Shown piece after piece: positions 10,671 to 24,800 of a DNA stretch of 64,000 nt; positions within the stretch are counted from its first letter, which is position 1, and the number at the start of each line of letters is the position of its first letter. Location of the stretch: NCBI GenBank assembly GCA_016748015.1, contig JAAOMT010000504.1, positions 44,781-108,780 of the forward strand, given 5' to 3'. A program made the position numbers and the translations under genes. The notes under the pieces are model-generated. The model was given only the letters and a program-made list of their open reading frames with translations. It had not been told where the DNA came from and did no database searches. This DNA is from Geosiphon pyriformis uo1. Its lineage: Eukaryota; Fungi; Glomeromycota.

Positions 10671-13344
10671 GATGTTCCAGTGAGTGGACCCTTCCAATTG
10701 GAATTTTTTGTTTATTGTAAGATCTAGTATAATATAATAAACGTGTGATTGCACATATGCGTAAAATGGCTCTACTGAAAAAAATAGGTTTATAAATAAT
10801 ATTATTGTACTTTGTATAACAAGCTACAAACAAACACAATACTTATGCTTGTGACGAAGCTCTTGGTTGAGAAGAAGCTTTAAAAAACCTACTCACTAAA
10901 AAAAAAATACTATCCGAACCATTTAAAAAGATGCACATATTTTTGTGCCAAGCTCTCAAGAAGTTGTAGACACTTATTGTAACAAGACAAATAATGAAGT
11001 GAATGCTTCTCAAAGCTCAAGAAAACGGCGAAACACTAGCATATCAGGTAAAAACAGTTTTTAAAAGTTGTATTATATACATAAACAATTAATTTTTTTT
11101 TAATAGATGATGATGCTTATATAAGTAACATAATTTCCAATGTTTCTTCTTCACATTACCCTAAAGTTCAAAAAAAACTATCAATTCAATAATTAATTTT
11201 GTTGTTAAAAATATTACAATAAAAGAAAAATCGAAATTTGAACAATTATTGCTTTGGATAACAATATTAAATGGCAAAGTCAGCAACTCGGGAGTTTTTT
11301 AAGTTTTCAAATCCAACTTTAATTCTTCCTGGTCAACGTGGTCTATTCAATCGTATTTTAAATGCTGAAAAAGCCAATTTAATTATGCTATGTGAACAAA
11401 AATTAAAAATGTTTTAAAACAACATATTTTTGGCTCTTTATTTATTTTATCAATGGGTGAAGTACAAATTTGGGAAACAATTGATATAATTTCAGAATGA
11501 GAATTAATGATTGAAGTTATTCCCAAAATTGAAACCATAATTAGCAATTTTTTCTGATCAGCATATGCCACTGCAATGTATGATTTTTTTATAAAAATTT
11601 ATATTCTAATTATTATTTTAAATAAACACAAATTATGATTGCAATATTCAAATTTTGTTTTTCTTTTATTAAAGTAATTTTGTCATAGAAAATATATTTA
11701 AAAAGTCCAAATAATTCAAAACTACATTAAAACAAGCAATAAAAATAGTTGGTTATTTTAATAATGCAGTTTATTCATATTTTATTGAAAGACTTCGAGA
11801 TATAAAAAAATAATTATATTCAAATTATATTATTCTGATTTGTTTAAGTAAATACTTATTGAGATTCCTTTTGTTATTGTTTTAAAAGTTTAATAAAATC
11901 TTATTAGGCTTTAAAGATAAGTATTTAAATTAATTAAAGATTTATTTTAATATAATATATTTTTTAAGAATTTAGCTATTATTTACAAATTACTTTTAAA
12001 TCTTACAATTTGCAATTTTAATAATAAAAAACCAAATCAACTTTCAATTAGTCTTGATAAACTTTATTGTTATAAAATATTATATCTATTTTTCTTAATA
12101 ATAATTTTTGGCAATTAATAACATGATCACATTCTTTGCTTTTTTTATTGTGAAACTTTTAAAAAATTACAATTAGATACTGCTTATTTATTTTTATTAA
12201 AGCTTTTGGTAGAATTTTGAAAATGTAAAAAGAATATTTAGATTAAGATTTGGTGTAATATATAATTAGTAATTAGAACAAAGATAAAGGCAATAGAAGC
12301 AACTATTATTATTGTTAGCTTTTCTTTTAAATCCAAATATTCGTGACATATGATTTAAAACCACTGCTTAAAATTTAAAATTTACATATTTTGCTCAATT
12401 TATTATCTATTATTATAAGGTTTGATTTAGATGCCAGCCAATTTGCATTTTACTTGAATTAAAAGAATATAGAAACCAAAATTATCTCTTTAATTTTACA
12501 ACATAAAAACAATTTGGAAAAGACATATTAGAGTTTTGAGAATTAGATTTTTTCGCTATATGTTTATTTAATATTTGTGTTAATATCGCATTTTTGTAAC
12601 GATTATGGAGTTTAATGAAATTTTTTTATACTAATCAATGAAATTATTTCCAAGTAGGTTTTTTTATTCATTTTTTATTATATTAAAAATAAATTAACTC
12701 ATTATTTTTTAAATTTAAAATGAAAAAGTATTGGCTATAAGCTAAATTCGTGCGTTTATTAATTTATCTCAACGAAAAAAAACAAATTTCTATCTATAAT
12801 ACTTTGTTCAACCAATTCAATACGTTATCTATTAATGATATTACTAATAAATTTATGGATGAATCTACTAATAAACCAAATAAAGCAAGTATAACTTTGG
12901 ATAATAAACAAGATGAATTGTAAGACATTGAACTATTAAATATAATAATGCCTAATGATTGAAAAAATCAACTACATAACTAAAAACAAATGTTAATAGA
13001 TAAAAAGACAGAAGGTAATAATAATAAATAATATAGAAGATAATTTGTTAAGTAATTACAAATATCTGACAATAGATAATAGAACAAAATAGAAATTAAA
13101 GTAGTAAATTTTGTTTATTGTTTCAAATACCAAATTTTATAAATAATAATAATAATAATTAGTTTTATATTTATTAGTGATTAATGTATACATTTTTATC
13201 AGTTAAAATTATTTATTATGCATACATTTTCATTTGGTTAATAATATATTGATTTCAGTAAAATAATTCTTCTAGAGAGAGTTTTTACTGAAAACACTAA
13301 AACTCTGGAAAAATCTGAATGTCCAGTAAAATTCCATAATTCTA
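10671..13344 (+). mobile_element. Degenerate hAT-superfamily DNA transposon
   Basis: Stop-riddled transposase remnants: BED-like N-terminus (~10800-10945), KSKFEQLLL...SATREFFKF.NPTLILP (~11220-11370), and C-terminal dimerisation-like LLLLAFLLNP...F*E...LFNICVN...RLWSLM (~12300-12650). Candidate 8-bp TSD atgttaac (10663-10670) / gtgttaac (13345-13352). Right end ends in CTA; left TIR not evident. Confidence 0.7.
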
Positions 13345-13386
13345 GTGTTAACATTGGTTTATGTGAAATCAAATCTTTTAACTAAA

Positions 13387-13620
13387 GGAAATCTTGAACA
13401 CGCACAAAATTTATTTAGTCCATATTAAGTAAATTGATAATCAATGTAATCTTTAATGACTATTTTGAATTTGCAATTATAATTTTGATACATCTCCAAA
13501 AAAGGTTAAATTTGATATTTCGTAAAGGTTTGGTTATAAGTTTATAACTTAATTTTAATTCAGGTAATAGATTTGTAAAATAGAAACCTGCAGTATACAC
13601 AATAATTAACCAAATTATAG
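13387..13620 (+). repeat. Decayed duplicate of 447-665 (flank downstream of 4CL copy 1 / upstream of the symporter)
   Basis: ggaaatcttgaa..tagtccatattaa..aaattgataatcaatgt..gactattttgaatt.gcaattataatttt..aaaaaaggttaaattt..cctgcag..accaaatta is shared, with mostly C>T/G>A changes. Confidence 0.85.
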
Positions 13621-14854
13621 TGAATATTAAAATCAAGTTAACAGTGATGAAAAGCAATATATAAATTATGATGACATGGTCATACACATTTATAATTATC
13701 ATTTCTTTTTTTTTAGGATTAGTCTCAAACTAATAAATACAATTATTATTATTATCTTATAAAAAAACAAAAGAATTTTATATTTGAAATCATTTTTAAC
13801 TTACTTATTAGCCTGCCAATTTTTCCGATACCTAACATTGTTAAAAAAAATCTCAACAAGCAGACTCTTTGTTTAATAAATAAAGAGTGATCTATTTAGT
13901 TTTTGAAAAGATATTTCCAAGATATTGTCGACTATAACCAAATTCACAACTGCTTAAATTATTACTTGATTATGTTGAAGATATTAAAATTTTTAACTTT
14001 TGAATTCCTTTACATTGGTTCAAGTAAAAGAAATCTACAAAAAGGCATTTTAAATAGAATCTTTTGAAAACTTGCTTTTAATATTTCAAAACGGATTTAA
14101 ATAATAACAAATTACATGAGAATTTGGATTTTTGAGGAACAATTTTTAGTTTTTTGTGGTAAAAAAAAGATTTTACTTAAATATACATTCAACTCAATTG
14201 TAGTTTTAGTCTTTGAATGAGCATTTAAATTGCTAATTTTGAAATAATATATTTAATAAAAAAGATAACAGATTTTCAAATAATAACAATTTTGCCATAA
14301 GTAAATAAAAATATGAATAAAAGTTTCTAAAAAATATATATTAGTACCATTATAAATTATAAAGTAATCTACTACTAAGCAGAAAATATTTTTTGTCTTT
14401 AGAACATTTAAAAAGCAATTTTCATGATGCCATATTATTCATGTTTTTGATTTTTTTCATTCTAAAATAGAATTGTCCTCTCTCCAAAATACCTTTTTGA
14501 ATATTACCAAATCACCCCTCTTCTAACTTATCTAAAAATTCAATTTAGTCAGCGATATAATGATTAATATTATTATTTTCATTAGTTTATGTTCCCCAAC
14601 TCTTTAAAAATGTTGAATATTCACAATGCTTACACTAAAGTGGATCTTTTAATGTACTATAGCATTCTACATATTTCGGCAACCCTGCTTCAAAGATATT
14701 ATCACTCTTATCAGTATTACAAAATAGACAAATAGAAGATCTGCTTCAAATTCTAAAAATTCTCCTTTGGGACATATTAAAACTCAATTTAGGACTTGTA
14801 AATTGTAACTCTCCAGGTCATCCAGGAAAATTATTTTACTAAGTTGATTTATTT

Positions 14855-15020
14855 GCCTATGCTTTATGTAAAGTTCAAATGCTTTTATTAGGTTTTTTGT
14901 TGTTCCCATCCCGTTTTTAGAGCACCAAGTAAAGTTGTATTAGTCATTTTTATTTTCCAGTTCTGCTGTTTCTGAATAAAGTTCAAAATCTCTTATTTCC
15001 CCATCCATTTCGATAAATTG
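14855..15020 (-). pseudogene. Degenerate Sel1-repeat remnants downstream of the Sel1 gene stop
   Basis: GMGTTKNLIKAFEL-like, FELYSETAE-like and YRNGWG-like fragments, broken by indels. Confidence 0.55.
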
Positions 15021-15055
15021 TTATAAGTTTATTTGGTGGACTTAGATTTCTCAAT

Positions 15056-15856
15056 TTATCGTTGTTCTCTATCCACTAAAAAACAACGTCGAAGATGATA
15101 ACATGCAATTCGATTTCCTCCCTTTGCTACTTTTGAATAAAATTTTAATGCTTTTGCCAGATTTTCTGTTGTTCCCCATCCATATTGATAACAACGTGCA
15201 AGTTCCACTTGTGCACGTTCACGTCCTACTTCTGCTGCTTTTAAATAAAGTTTAAATGCTTTTTCGTCATTTTTTGTCGCTCCCCGTCCATTTCGATAAC
15301 AAAGTGCAAGATGGAATTGTGCAGATGTATTACCCGCCTCTGCTGCTTTTGAATAAAATTCAAATGCTTTTTCGTTATTTTTCGTTGTTCCCCACCCATA
15401 TCGATAACAATTTGCAAGATCAGCTTGTGCATTTGTATTACCCTCCTCTGCCGCTTCTGAATAGAGTTTAAACGCTTTTTCTCGATCTCGTGAAGTACCA
15501 ATTCCATTATTATAACAAAATCCTAAGAAGAATTGTCCAAAAGAGTCTTTTGCTTCCGCTGCTTTCTCAAATTCTAAAAATGCTTTTTTTACATTAGTAA
15601 CAGTTCCAAATCCATGTTGTAAACAAAAGCCGATTAAAATATGGTCTATCGAACGCTTTGAACTTTTGTATTCCAAACAGTTGAATAAGTCTTCAAGTTT
15701 TTTCTGGTTGAGCACCAGATATTTTTCCACCAAGTCAACAACTTTTGAAGATTGGTGAGCTGGAAAAAGGGCCAAACTTTCTTTGAAGACAATCAATGCT
15801 TCTTCAAACCAGTCGAGAGGGGCTGTTTTATTTTGAATTGATGAATTTGAAGACAT
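15056..15856 (-). CDS. Sel1-like repeat (SLR/TPR) protein, about 266 aa, single exon
   Basis: Five 36-aa Sel1 repeats (e.g. AQADLANCYRYGWGTTKNNEKAFEFYSKAAEAGN). First ATG of the frame (MSSNSSIQNK) is at 15856. Confidence 0.85.
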   Translation of the reverse strand: MSSNSSIQNKTAPLDWFEEALIVFKESLALFPAHQSSKVVDLVEKYLVLNQKKLEDLFNCLEYKSSKRSIDHILIGFCLQHGFGTVTNVKKAFLEFEKAAEAKDSFGQFFLGFCYNNGIGTSRDREKAFKLYSEAAEEGNTNAQADLANCYRYGWGTTKNNEKAFEFYSKAAEAGNTSAQFHLALCYRNGRGATKNDEKAFKLYLKAAEVGRERAQVELARCYQYGWGTTENLAKALKFYSKVAKGGNRIACYHLRRCFLVDREQR

Positions 15857-18800
15857 GATTCTCAAGCAAAAAAAATATTTTATTATCAAACTCGAATATT
15901 TCTGTATGGGGAAAGAAGGATTTTTCTTGCTAATAAATAAGGATTTCAAACTATAATCTATTCCCGAAAAGGCTAGGCCTTGAAACGCTAGAAAGTTCTG
16001 AAAATAGACGCTTACGTCATTCTGTAATATACAGATAGAGATCAAATGACTGCAAAAGGCGTGAAAAGGCTGCTTGTCATTGCTATTTTGAGTTACCAAT
16101 CAACATATTGGTAGAAAACAAACCCCGAAATTTCAAGCCACTTGGCAAATTCTTTATATAAGCTTTTCAAGGATTTTTTTTAGATATTATGTATATATAG
16201 GTTGATATTTGAATATTTCATATAAAACCTAATTATAAAAGTTAATCCTTTTACATAATTTATCTTGTGATCATGTATTTTTGAAATATAGTCAATTTAA
16301 AATCTATAAAATTAAATATATTCAGCATTACTTATAAAATAAAAAAAGTTTAGCTCAAAGTTCTAAAATATTGATAAAATCTGAGAACAGCTTGATTCAA
16401 AAATTATAACCTTGTAAAAACTTGAAGTTTGACACATTTATTATAGTTAAGAATACCACAACATTATACATTCTTTTTATTAGAATTTATTTCAAAACAA
16501 TAAATTCCGCTATTTCTTCTGTCTTTATATGAAAGATTTTAGATGTTTTAAATCAAAGTATTTTAAATGAATAAATTTTTATTTAATAAGTTTAGGAATA
16601 AATTTATTCTTCCCAATTAAACCTGGAATGATAAATAAACTAAAATTAAAATAAGAAAAGACAGAAGAATTAAGGACTTATCAAAAACCCAGTTGATACG
16701 AAGTAAAATTTTAAATGAATAAGAACAAAACATATTGATTTCTTCAAAGTTTGTGAAGCTATAAAAACATTAAACCATGTTTTTTCAAAATAACTAGGGT
16801 TTATTTTTATTCAATAAAACAATTTCCAAGTCTATTATCAAATTTTCTTAAAAAATACCTGCCTATTTGAAATTTTAATATAAATATATTTTTTTTTATG
16901 AAATTAAAAATAAATTTTGATCTCATTTTACATTAGTAATAATAGTCAATACATGTTATGAGGATAATAAATGAATAAATAAAATCAAATATTTTATAAG
17001 GTATATTAATACACATTTAAATTGCAAAAATTTATATTGGAATTCAAATTTTAAGAACTCTACCATCAAACATTACTTTGAAAAGTAAGAGTAACAGATT
17101 TTGATGAGCTCTATCTAATTCTTAACTTTCCAAACTTTTTTATGGACTTTCATTTTATGGCTGTTCCTTAGTTTCTGTGGATAATCATTTATTTAAACTT
17201 ATTGGTTTAAAATATATTTTCTACACTAATGGAACACAAAGCATACCAAATAGTGGCGTTTGCGACATACTTATGTATATTAGCCCAGCTATTGACATAT
17301 GCAAAGAAAAGTTTGAGAATAAACAAAATAGATATATAATAGAAATATTAAATAAAGTCACTAAAATTATTACTATAGCTACTTGAACCTATTTACTATT
17401 TGTAATGAATTATACTTTGATGAATGAAAGATATTTTTTAATTTTTAAACTATATGAATATTATCACCTTTATATAATGGATATTTTAAATGGGATTAGA
17501 TCTAAGATTACCTCATCTTATTCCATCTTGTATTGTCAAGATAATTGGATGTTAATTCTAAATCCATTTAAACAAACATTTATTTAATGTACAAAACATA
17601 AAAAAAATAGTGTATACATATTTGAGTTGAATTTAATGTTTAAAAAACAAAAAATTATAAACCATTTAATAATATTAAATATTATAATAATAAAATTAAT
17701 TTTAATTTTTTGATTATTACATTTATTTTTTTCAAAAAGTTTTTTCCATTATTCAAATTTACTATTTATATTTAATTTTCATCATATTAATACTTTATTT
17801 TTAAATGTATCAGTATAAAGCTAAAAATATTTTGGTTTATTACATTAATTTAAATCTTAAAAGTTAACGTAATTCCAAAAAAGTTTTTACTTTTTTGTTA
17901 TTTGTGCAATATATTTGAAATTATGATTATAAATTTTTAAATAAAAAATGTGTCTTGAAAGAAGGCGATAAAAGAAACCATGACTAGTTATTATCTTTGA
18001 TAAGTATTTTATCTACAATTTGAATTTATCTCTATTTATGAGTGTTTGACATTAATCTTCATTCATTTATATTTTCAAATAATGTAAAATTGATATGGGA
18101 TATAAACACTTGGAACTTGGTAATCTTTAAAATCAATAATTAAATTGATTTCAAGTGAATCATAATGCATGTACATGTATTTTTGGAATTTCCCTAATCT
18201 CTGATAATCTGATTTTCGTTATCAAAATAGTAATAATAATAATAATAATAAATTCTTATTTCGGGAAGAAAGATTCAGGAAGATAGATTTTTAAAAAATA
18301 TTATCTCTATTCATGCATAATAAAAATTTATACATTCTGTTTAATTTCTAAATTAAATTCAAGCCTAAAAATTTTTTTATGTGCAAATAACTTTTTTAAA
18401 AAACAAAGTTTTGTTTCTAAATGAGTTGCATTTTATAAAATTTAATGGTAAAATCCATCCTTCATCTCTCACAAAATCGAATTTTTTTTTTCGATAAACA
18501 CCTAAACCAGATAGCATATCAATGTACAATAGATCACATAGAGTGTACCTTTTTTTCACAGATTTGAAAATGAATATTGATGATATACTTGAAAGAGTTA
18601 ACCTTGATTCAACCAAAAACGATAATTTGAGTTATCTCATTTTATTTTAGCAATTAACAAATGTATGAAGTTGAAAATTTATAAGGTTATTTACAATAAT
18701 ATAGTATTTAATTTCAAAAACTACCAATCAACATGAGTATAATATTGAAAGGTAGCCGTAACAGATTTTTAACGACCTTCAGTAATTCTTTGGTTTTCCA

Positions 18801-21800
18801 AACTTTTTTATAAATTTTTATTATGTGACTATTTTATAAGTAGTGTAAATTTAAGATTCTTGATTTTGTCACAAAACATAAAGTCAAAGAAATTCAATCT
18901 TATCGTTACCATATAACTCAAATAATGGGAGTATATTGTTTTATGATAATTAAATCATTATCGATTCGATTCCAGTTTGCGGTTTAAAACACTTCATTTT
19001 CGGCCTCACCCAAAAGAGGCTGATATTTCTTGGTTAAATTCAGGATCAAGTCTGCTTCGTAATTGATCAATTTGATCAAGCTAATCCAAAATAAAGCTTC
19101 TTTACGTTGAATGCATCGTCAATCGGATGTTCTTAATTGAAAATTTGATTTGTAATTTGTAAAGAAAGACTGATTTTGATAGTTTACAAAAATCCCATGA
19201 AATTGAGCTAGCCAAGTGTAATAGGTTGATAATTAACAAATATTATCACATTTTTTCCTTCAACTCATGAGGTAAAACTTTAAATTATGTTGAAAAAAAC
19301 AATTGACATTGTGATCATAAAGATCTTGATCGGAAAAAATGTGGCCTTTTTTTGCTTGCCAAGACAAATATGCTTTGCACATTGGCGAGAAGTTGAGATA
19401 TATACACAATAATATTGGATTATTACACATATTATTTCGCTCACTCAATGTTTATATACAAAACCCAAATGTGGGCAAAAGCTTAACCAAAAATTTATTC
19501 AAAGAAATATTTATTTTTTGTTATGATTTATAACTCTAATTCTGTAATACAATATAAAAAACTATTATAATAAATATAAACTTATTTTACAATTCCTGGT
19601 AACACGTATATCTGGTATCACTGTAAAGCTTATAAGTATCTCAACAACATGTAATCTTTCTTTAATGTGGGGTATTATAAAAATTTATTGTATCAGACTA
19701 AAGTAAATAGAATTAATTATTAAAATTAAAAAAATCGGCAATAAATGTTAAAACTTTGGAGGCATTTAAGCTGTGTTTCTGTCATGTTGCATCGCAGGTG
19801 GTGCACTGCTTTTGCTGGTAAAAAGAATTTCTTAACCGCTGGAATATGTTGTAGTCCAATTTTAGTTATTTATTATAAATAATAATCGTGAGATAAAGCG
19901 CGGATGAATCGCCCTGGAACAAAGAACATAGATAAAATTAAAAATTCATATCTTACCTTTAATTATCTACATTCGGTATGTGAAAGAGGTCTATTTTTAC
20001 TTTCGTGTAATATCCCGAAATGTTCCATTTCTTTTATAGGGATCAGATTGCATAGCATCATTTATTTAGAAAAAATTTCAACCTGATTTTCAATGGCAAT
20101 TATCAATTAGAGTGTAAATATTAATTTTCCCATAATATTCGAGTTCCCAAAGAATGGAGCTTTTGGCTTTCATTTAGATTGAAACCAGCGATGACATGAA
20201 AAACATAATTAACCTTTTTGAAACTTGAACATAGCAGCTGCATTATCTTTATTTTAATTTGTGAATATTAATTCCAAACGATAAAATATTTGCCTCTGTT
20301 AGAACTTATTTAGTGAAAATTCTTTAACAAATAACATTTGGAATCATATAATCACATAAAGACTCTCTGCAAAACTTTTATAAAAAATATTTTTCTTGGC
20401 TTTTTTGTTCTATTAAATGATGCTAATTTTTTCCTGTAAGTTTTTCTAAATAACAATAAAATAGTTTAGAAACAAATTTCTATTTTAGATACAACATCCC
20501 AAAATTTTTTTTAAACTGACTATTATGTAATCAAATTTATTGTCAAGCACCAAGGCAATTATAGTATCCAAAATTATTTCTTTTTCAACTTTTTAGAATT
20601 ATTGAATTTTTTCTCTTTTCAGAATCTCAATTAAAATAATATTTATTGTTTTAAACTTTAACATTTCTAAAACCACATAAAACATATAATCAATGGGTTT
20701 TAAAAATTGGTGTACAAAATGCTTTCTAGGCAGAAAATGCAGTTAATGTAATGTAAAAACATTTGGTTTTCTAATAACTATCTTTTTCACAAATCTATTT
20801 CTAAATAAACAATTTTGCTTGCAACTACTTTTTCAAAGTCAAATTTGGTAAACAAATTTCTTTAATTGTAAAAGTTTTTTATCAAATATTTATTGAAAAA
20901 AAATTGTTTGGTTAGCTTAAATTATTATTTCTTAGATATATAAACTTATAATTTGAAAAAAAAACACTTTTGATAATTTATAAAAAGTATATCATATCAT
21001 ATTATATTTTGATCTGAAAAGTTTTGTATTTAATCCAATAAGAAAGTATATCAATATTGAAAAAAAATTAATCATTAAAATAAGTTAATTTTAGGAAGTT
21101 TCAAAAGAAAGAAGGCTTATAGATGACATGAAGTTTTTTTAAACAAATAGGTAACGATATATTTAGTAAAAAACTTTGTAAACTTAAATTATGCTCTTTT
21201 TTTAGAATTTTTAGAGTGTTGAAAATAATCTTAAAATTTAAAGTCTACCAAATTTAGGCAAGAAAAGTAATTAAAAGTTTTGTAAATAAAATGAATCATT
21301 AATATTTTTATTTTAAGTTTAAACTTAAAAGATTTAAAAATACTAAGATAAAAAATTTTCTGAAGCAATGTTCTGTTTAATCACATGTTTTTGGCTTGAC
21401 TTTTTTTCCAAAATATTATTCGTTTATGAGCTTTTGCAATTTTCATGTTTTTTCCAGACTATAAACTATAATGAAAGCAATAATATTCTTAAAACCAAGA
21501 AGATGCTTTTTGAATTGATTTATTTGTTTAAAATCAAATAGTGCAATAATATTTGCAAGTCACTCTTATATAGGATGTTGATCATAAAAACTTGTGCTAA
21601 GAAAATCCGATAAAAACATTCTGAATTGTCATCTTAAATCCAGATTCAGCTTTAAAATTTTTAAATTCTTTATATGGTAAACATATTCTAACATCTTAAA
21701 CTGTTTGTTTAATAAATGATTCTATAATTAAAAACATATAATATCTATTTTAAAAGCATTTTATGAATAAAAAATTATTTGAAGTCTTTTATTTGTTTTG

Positions 21801-24800
21801 TGGATCATAAAAAATTAAGACTAAACCCAAAATTAAATTGAAACAATTTTTCATACACGACTATTTTAACCAAAAAATTGGGAATATTAAATCTGTTGAT
21901 AAAAATATATTCTTTATTTAAAAATTGTTATTCCAATTTTAATCAACATCTATAAAGTTAAGAATTTTACTTTAGCATTATTAATAAGTACAAAAACAAT
22001 AATACATAAACAATTAATTTACATTTTAATAGCGTAAACATAAATTATATGAAAATTAAAGTTTTTATTTGAATATTTTTATTAAGATATTTTCTTTGGA
22101 TTAATTTTAATCACAAATTTGCATTATCTTTTCATTAAGATACTTTGTTACTCTTTTTTCATAAATTATATGAATTATTCAAATATTTGGACATTTGTTT
22201 TTCTACATTGTTCTTTAATAAGATTTAAAACCAAACTTATAATATTAAAAATTATGTTTTGCAAAATATTTTTAGCGATTTAACTTTTATGTTTTGAATT
22301 ACTAACTTGCTAAAACTAAAACTACTTATTACTTTAGCATTTTTCTAATTGAATAAATGAAAAACCTACCTGTTTTAAATTTCTACGAATTTCCTTAATG
22401 ACTTCATTATATTGTGGATCTTTCACAAAATTATAATTGATGACAATAAAATAATTTTTATATTTTTGATTAAATATGCTTTCAAAAACATCCACTTTAA
22501 TGGTTCTATTATTTAGCTCTACATAAGTATTCTTTGCAGAGATACTTTGCCTCAGTTTTAATGATTTTATAAATAAAATCTTATTATTTCTGTTTTCTCT
22601 AAATCTCAATCTTTATTTTCATGAATTGTAGAAATAATGTTTAAAGTATTAAAGGAATTATCTTATTTTTAGCTAAAGAAAATCTATCACTATTATTATT
22701 ATTATTTTTTAATTAATAAAAAAATGGAATATTATTTTTTCTAACAAAATCAATCATACCATTCTTATTACCATTAAATCTTCCTAAATTTTTAACTTTT
22801 AGAGATATGATAAAACAGAAGCCCTTAATTTATTAACATAAGCGAACAAGCTAGCTTAATAAATCTAAAATAATATCTTATTAAATGTTAAAAAAAGATT
22901 TGTAATTCAACTAGCTACCAAAATTCTCTCTCTTTAATTTTAAAAATTTATTTCAGATTGATTTCTATTTTTTATAATACTTAAATTTTGACCTATTTAA
23001 AATAATCTTGAGTAGTTTAATAAATTTTATATTTCTAAGTGATGATTTTGTAATCAAATAATTTCTGAAGTAAAAAGTTTTTTATTGTTAGGTATTTAAA
23101 AGCACAATAATTAAACCTAATCTGAAATAAAAAATTGGATTGTTATTTTTCTAATCAATTAAAAGTTAATTTTCTATTCAATCGATTAAAAATATTATTA
23201 AAAAAGTTAAATATTCAAAAAAGTAAATAAAAAGATATAAAATCTTTTTTATAATGTTATTTGATTATTTAAACAATCAATATTCTCACATTAATAGATT
23301 GAATATTTTTAAAAATGTATATTTATTTTGATAATATTGTTACGAGTTGGAGTAATAAGCTAACAAATAATAAAGACAAAGACTATTAAAAGTGATGGAA
23401 ATAATCAAAAGAAAAATTCAATCAAAGAAATAAATTGAATTTGTAAAGGATCTAATATATGTGATTAGTTTATAGTTGCTTAATTTTTTCTGAGAAATCA
23501 AAGATAGAAAAATAGTTTGTAATTGTCATTAAGATAATACTGATGTTATTATTTTATGTCTTACTTGGCAATTCTTAGAATTAATAACAGATATTATTGT
23601 GCATTTAATTATTATTTTTATTTAATAAATCACAAAAGCAAGCAATTGTTTCTCAAACTAATTAACAATACAAATCAAAAAGGATAAAAGATAAAATATA
23701 TAAATGCTAACAAATAATTCTTTATTTACAGATGTTTAGATACTTAAAGATAAAAAATTAGAATAAAAAATAAGCAATATAGAAGAAGTATTAAATAGTA
23801 GTTGTTATTTTATTACTTTAATTTCAACATGCTTTTCTATAATTAAAAAACTTATCACTTAAATAGCTATTTAAAGTGGTTAATAATTACTATCTAAGAA
23901 TAAACTAATTATATGATATTATTGGCTAATATATGTGATAATTAATAAAGCTATGGTTTTTAACTATAACAATATATTCAAGATAATTTTGAACCAATTA
24001 CATGTAATAGAAGTTAACTAGCCAAAAAAATTTAGTTTAAACTTAAAGAAAAATTTTATCCAAAATTTTGGAATTTTAGAAACTATTTTTAAAATGATAT
24101 TAATTTTAAATGGTTTCAAATAAAATATTTTAAAAGTATAATTTTCTCTAATTGTAATTGCTATTATTGTATTAACATTAATAGCTCTATACTTATAAAA
24201 AAAACTCCAAAATATTTATCTTTTCCGACTTTATTTCATTTTAATTTGGTTTTGTATTAAATTGCAACTTTTAATGTAGTAAATACTATAATTAATATGG
24301 TTAAAGTTTTATTATATATTAAGTTTATATAAATATATACTTTATAAAAATATTTTAATAATTATTACTTATTAATTTTATCAACTACTTGAAAAGTTTT
24401 TCAAAAAATATTGCATTATATTTATTGAGTATTCTTTTGACAAAATTCACACAGATTGTGATTATAAGTACATAGATGTTTTTTATTAATTTTTTTTTTC
24501 CATAATTTGGATAAAAGATAAAGGATAAGAGATAAAATATGAATTATTTATTATTAAAAAGAGTTTTTTAAAGCTTTATTAAATAATATGTTAAAAATTT
24601 TTTTTTAAGGAGTTTTATATTTGTACCAGCACTAGTATAGTTAATATACCAAAATAAGCAAAGCTTAGTGTTTTAATACATAAATTCAAGAAATACACAT
24701 GTAAAAATAAAATATTATTTACTTTATATTAAACAAATTTTCAATTACATATAATATTGACATTAACTCATTTGAATAAGTAGTTACTAATTTCTACTGT

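Noticed and set aside
15857-16099. 81-aa N-terminal extension of the Sel1 ORF in the ORF track
   Set aside because: It starts at a non-ATG codon and looks like promoter/UTR sequence; the first ATG is at 15856.
18400-20290. Possible minus-strand gene relic (QIFYRL..CFSCHRWF, FVPGRFIRALSHDY, LDQIDQLRSRLDPEFNQEI)
   Set aside because: Slightly higher GC and an F-box-like start suggest a pseudogene, but the frames are too broken to assign without a search.
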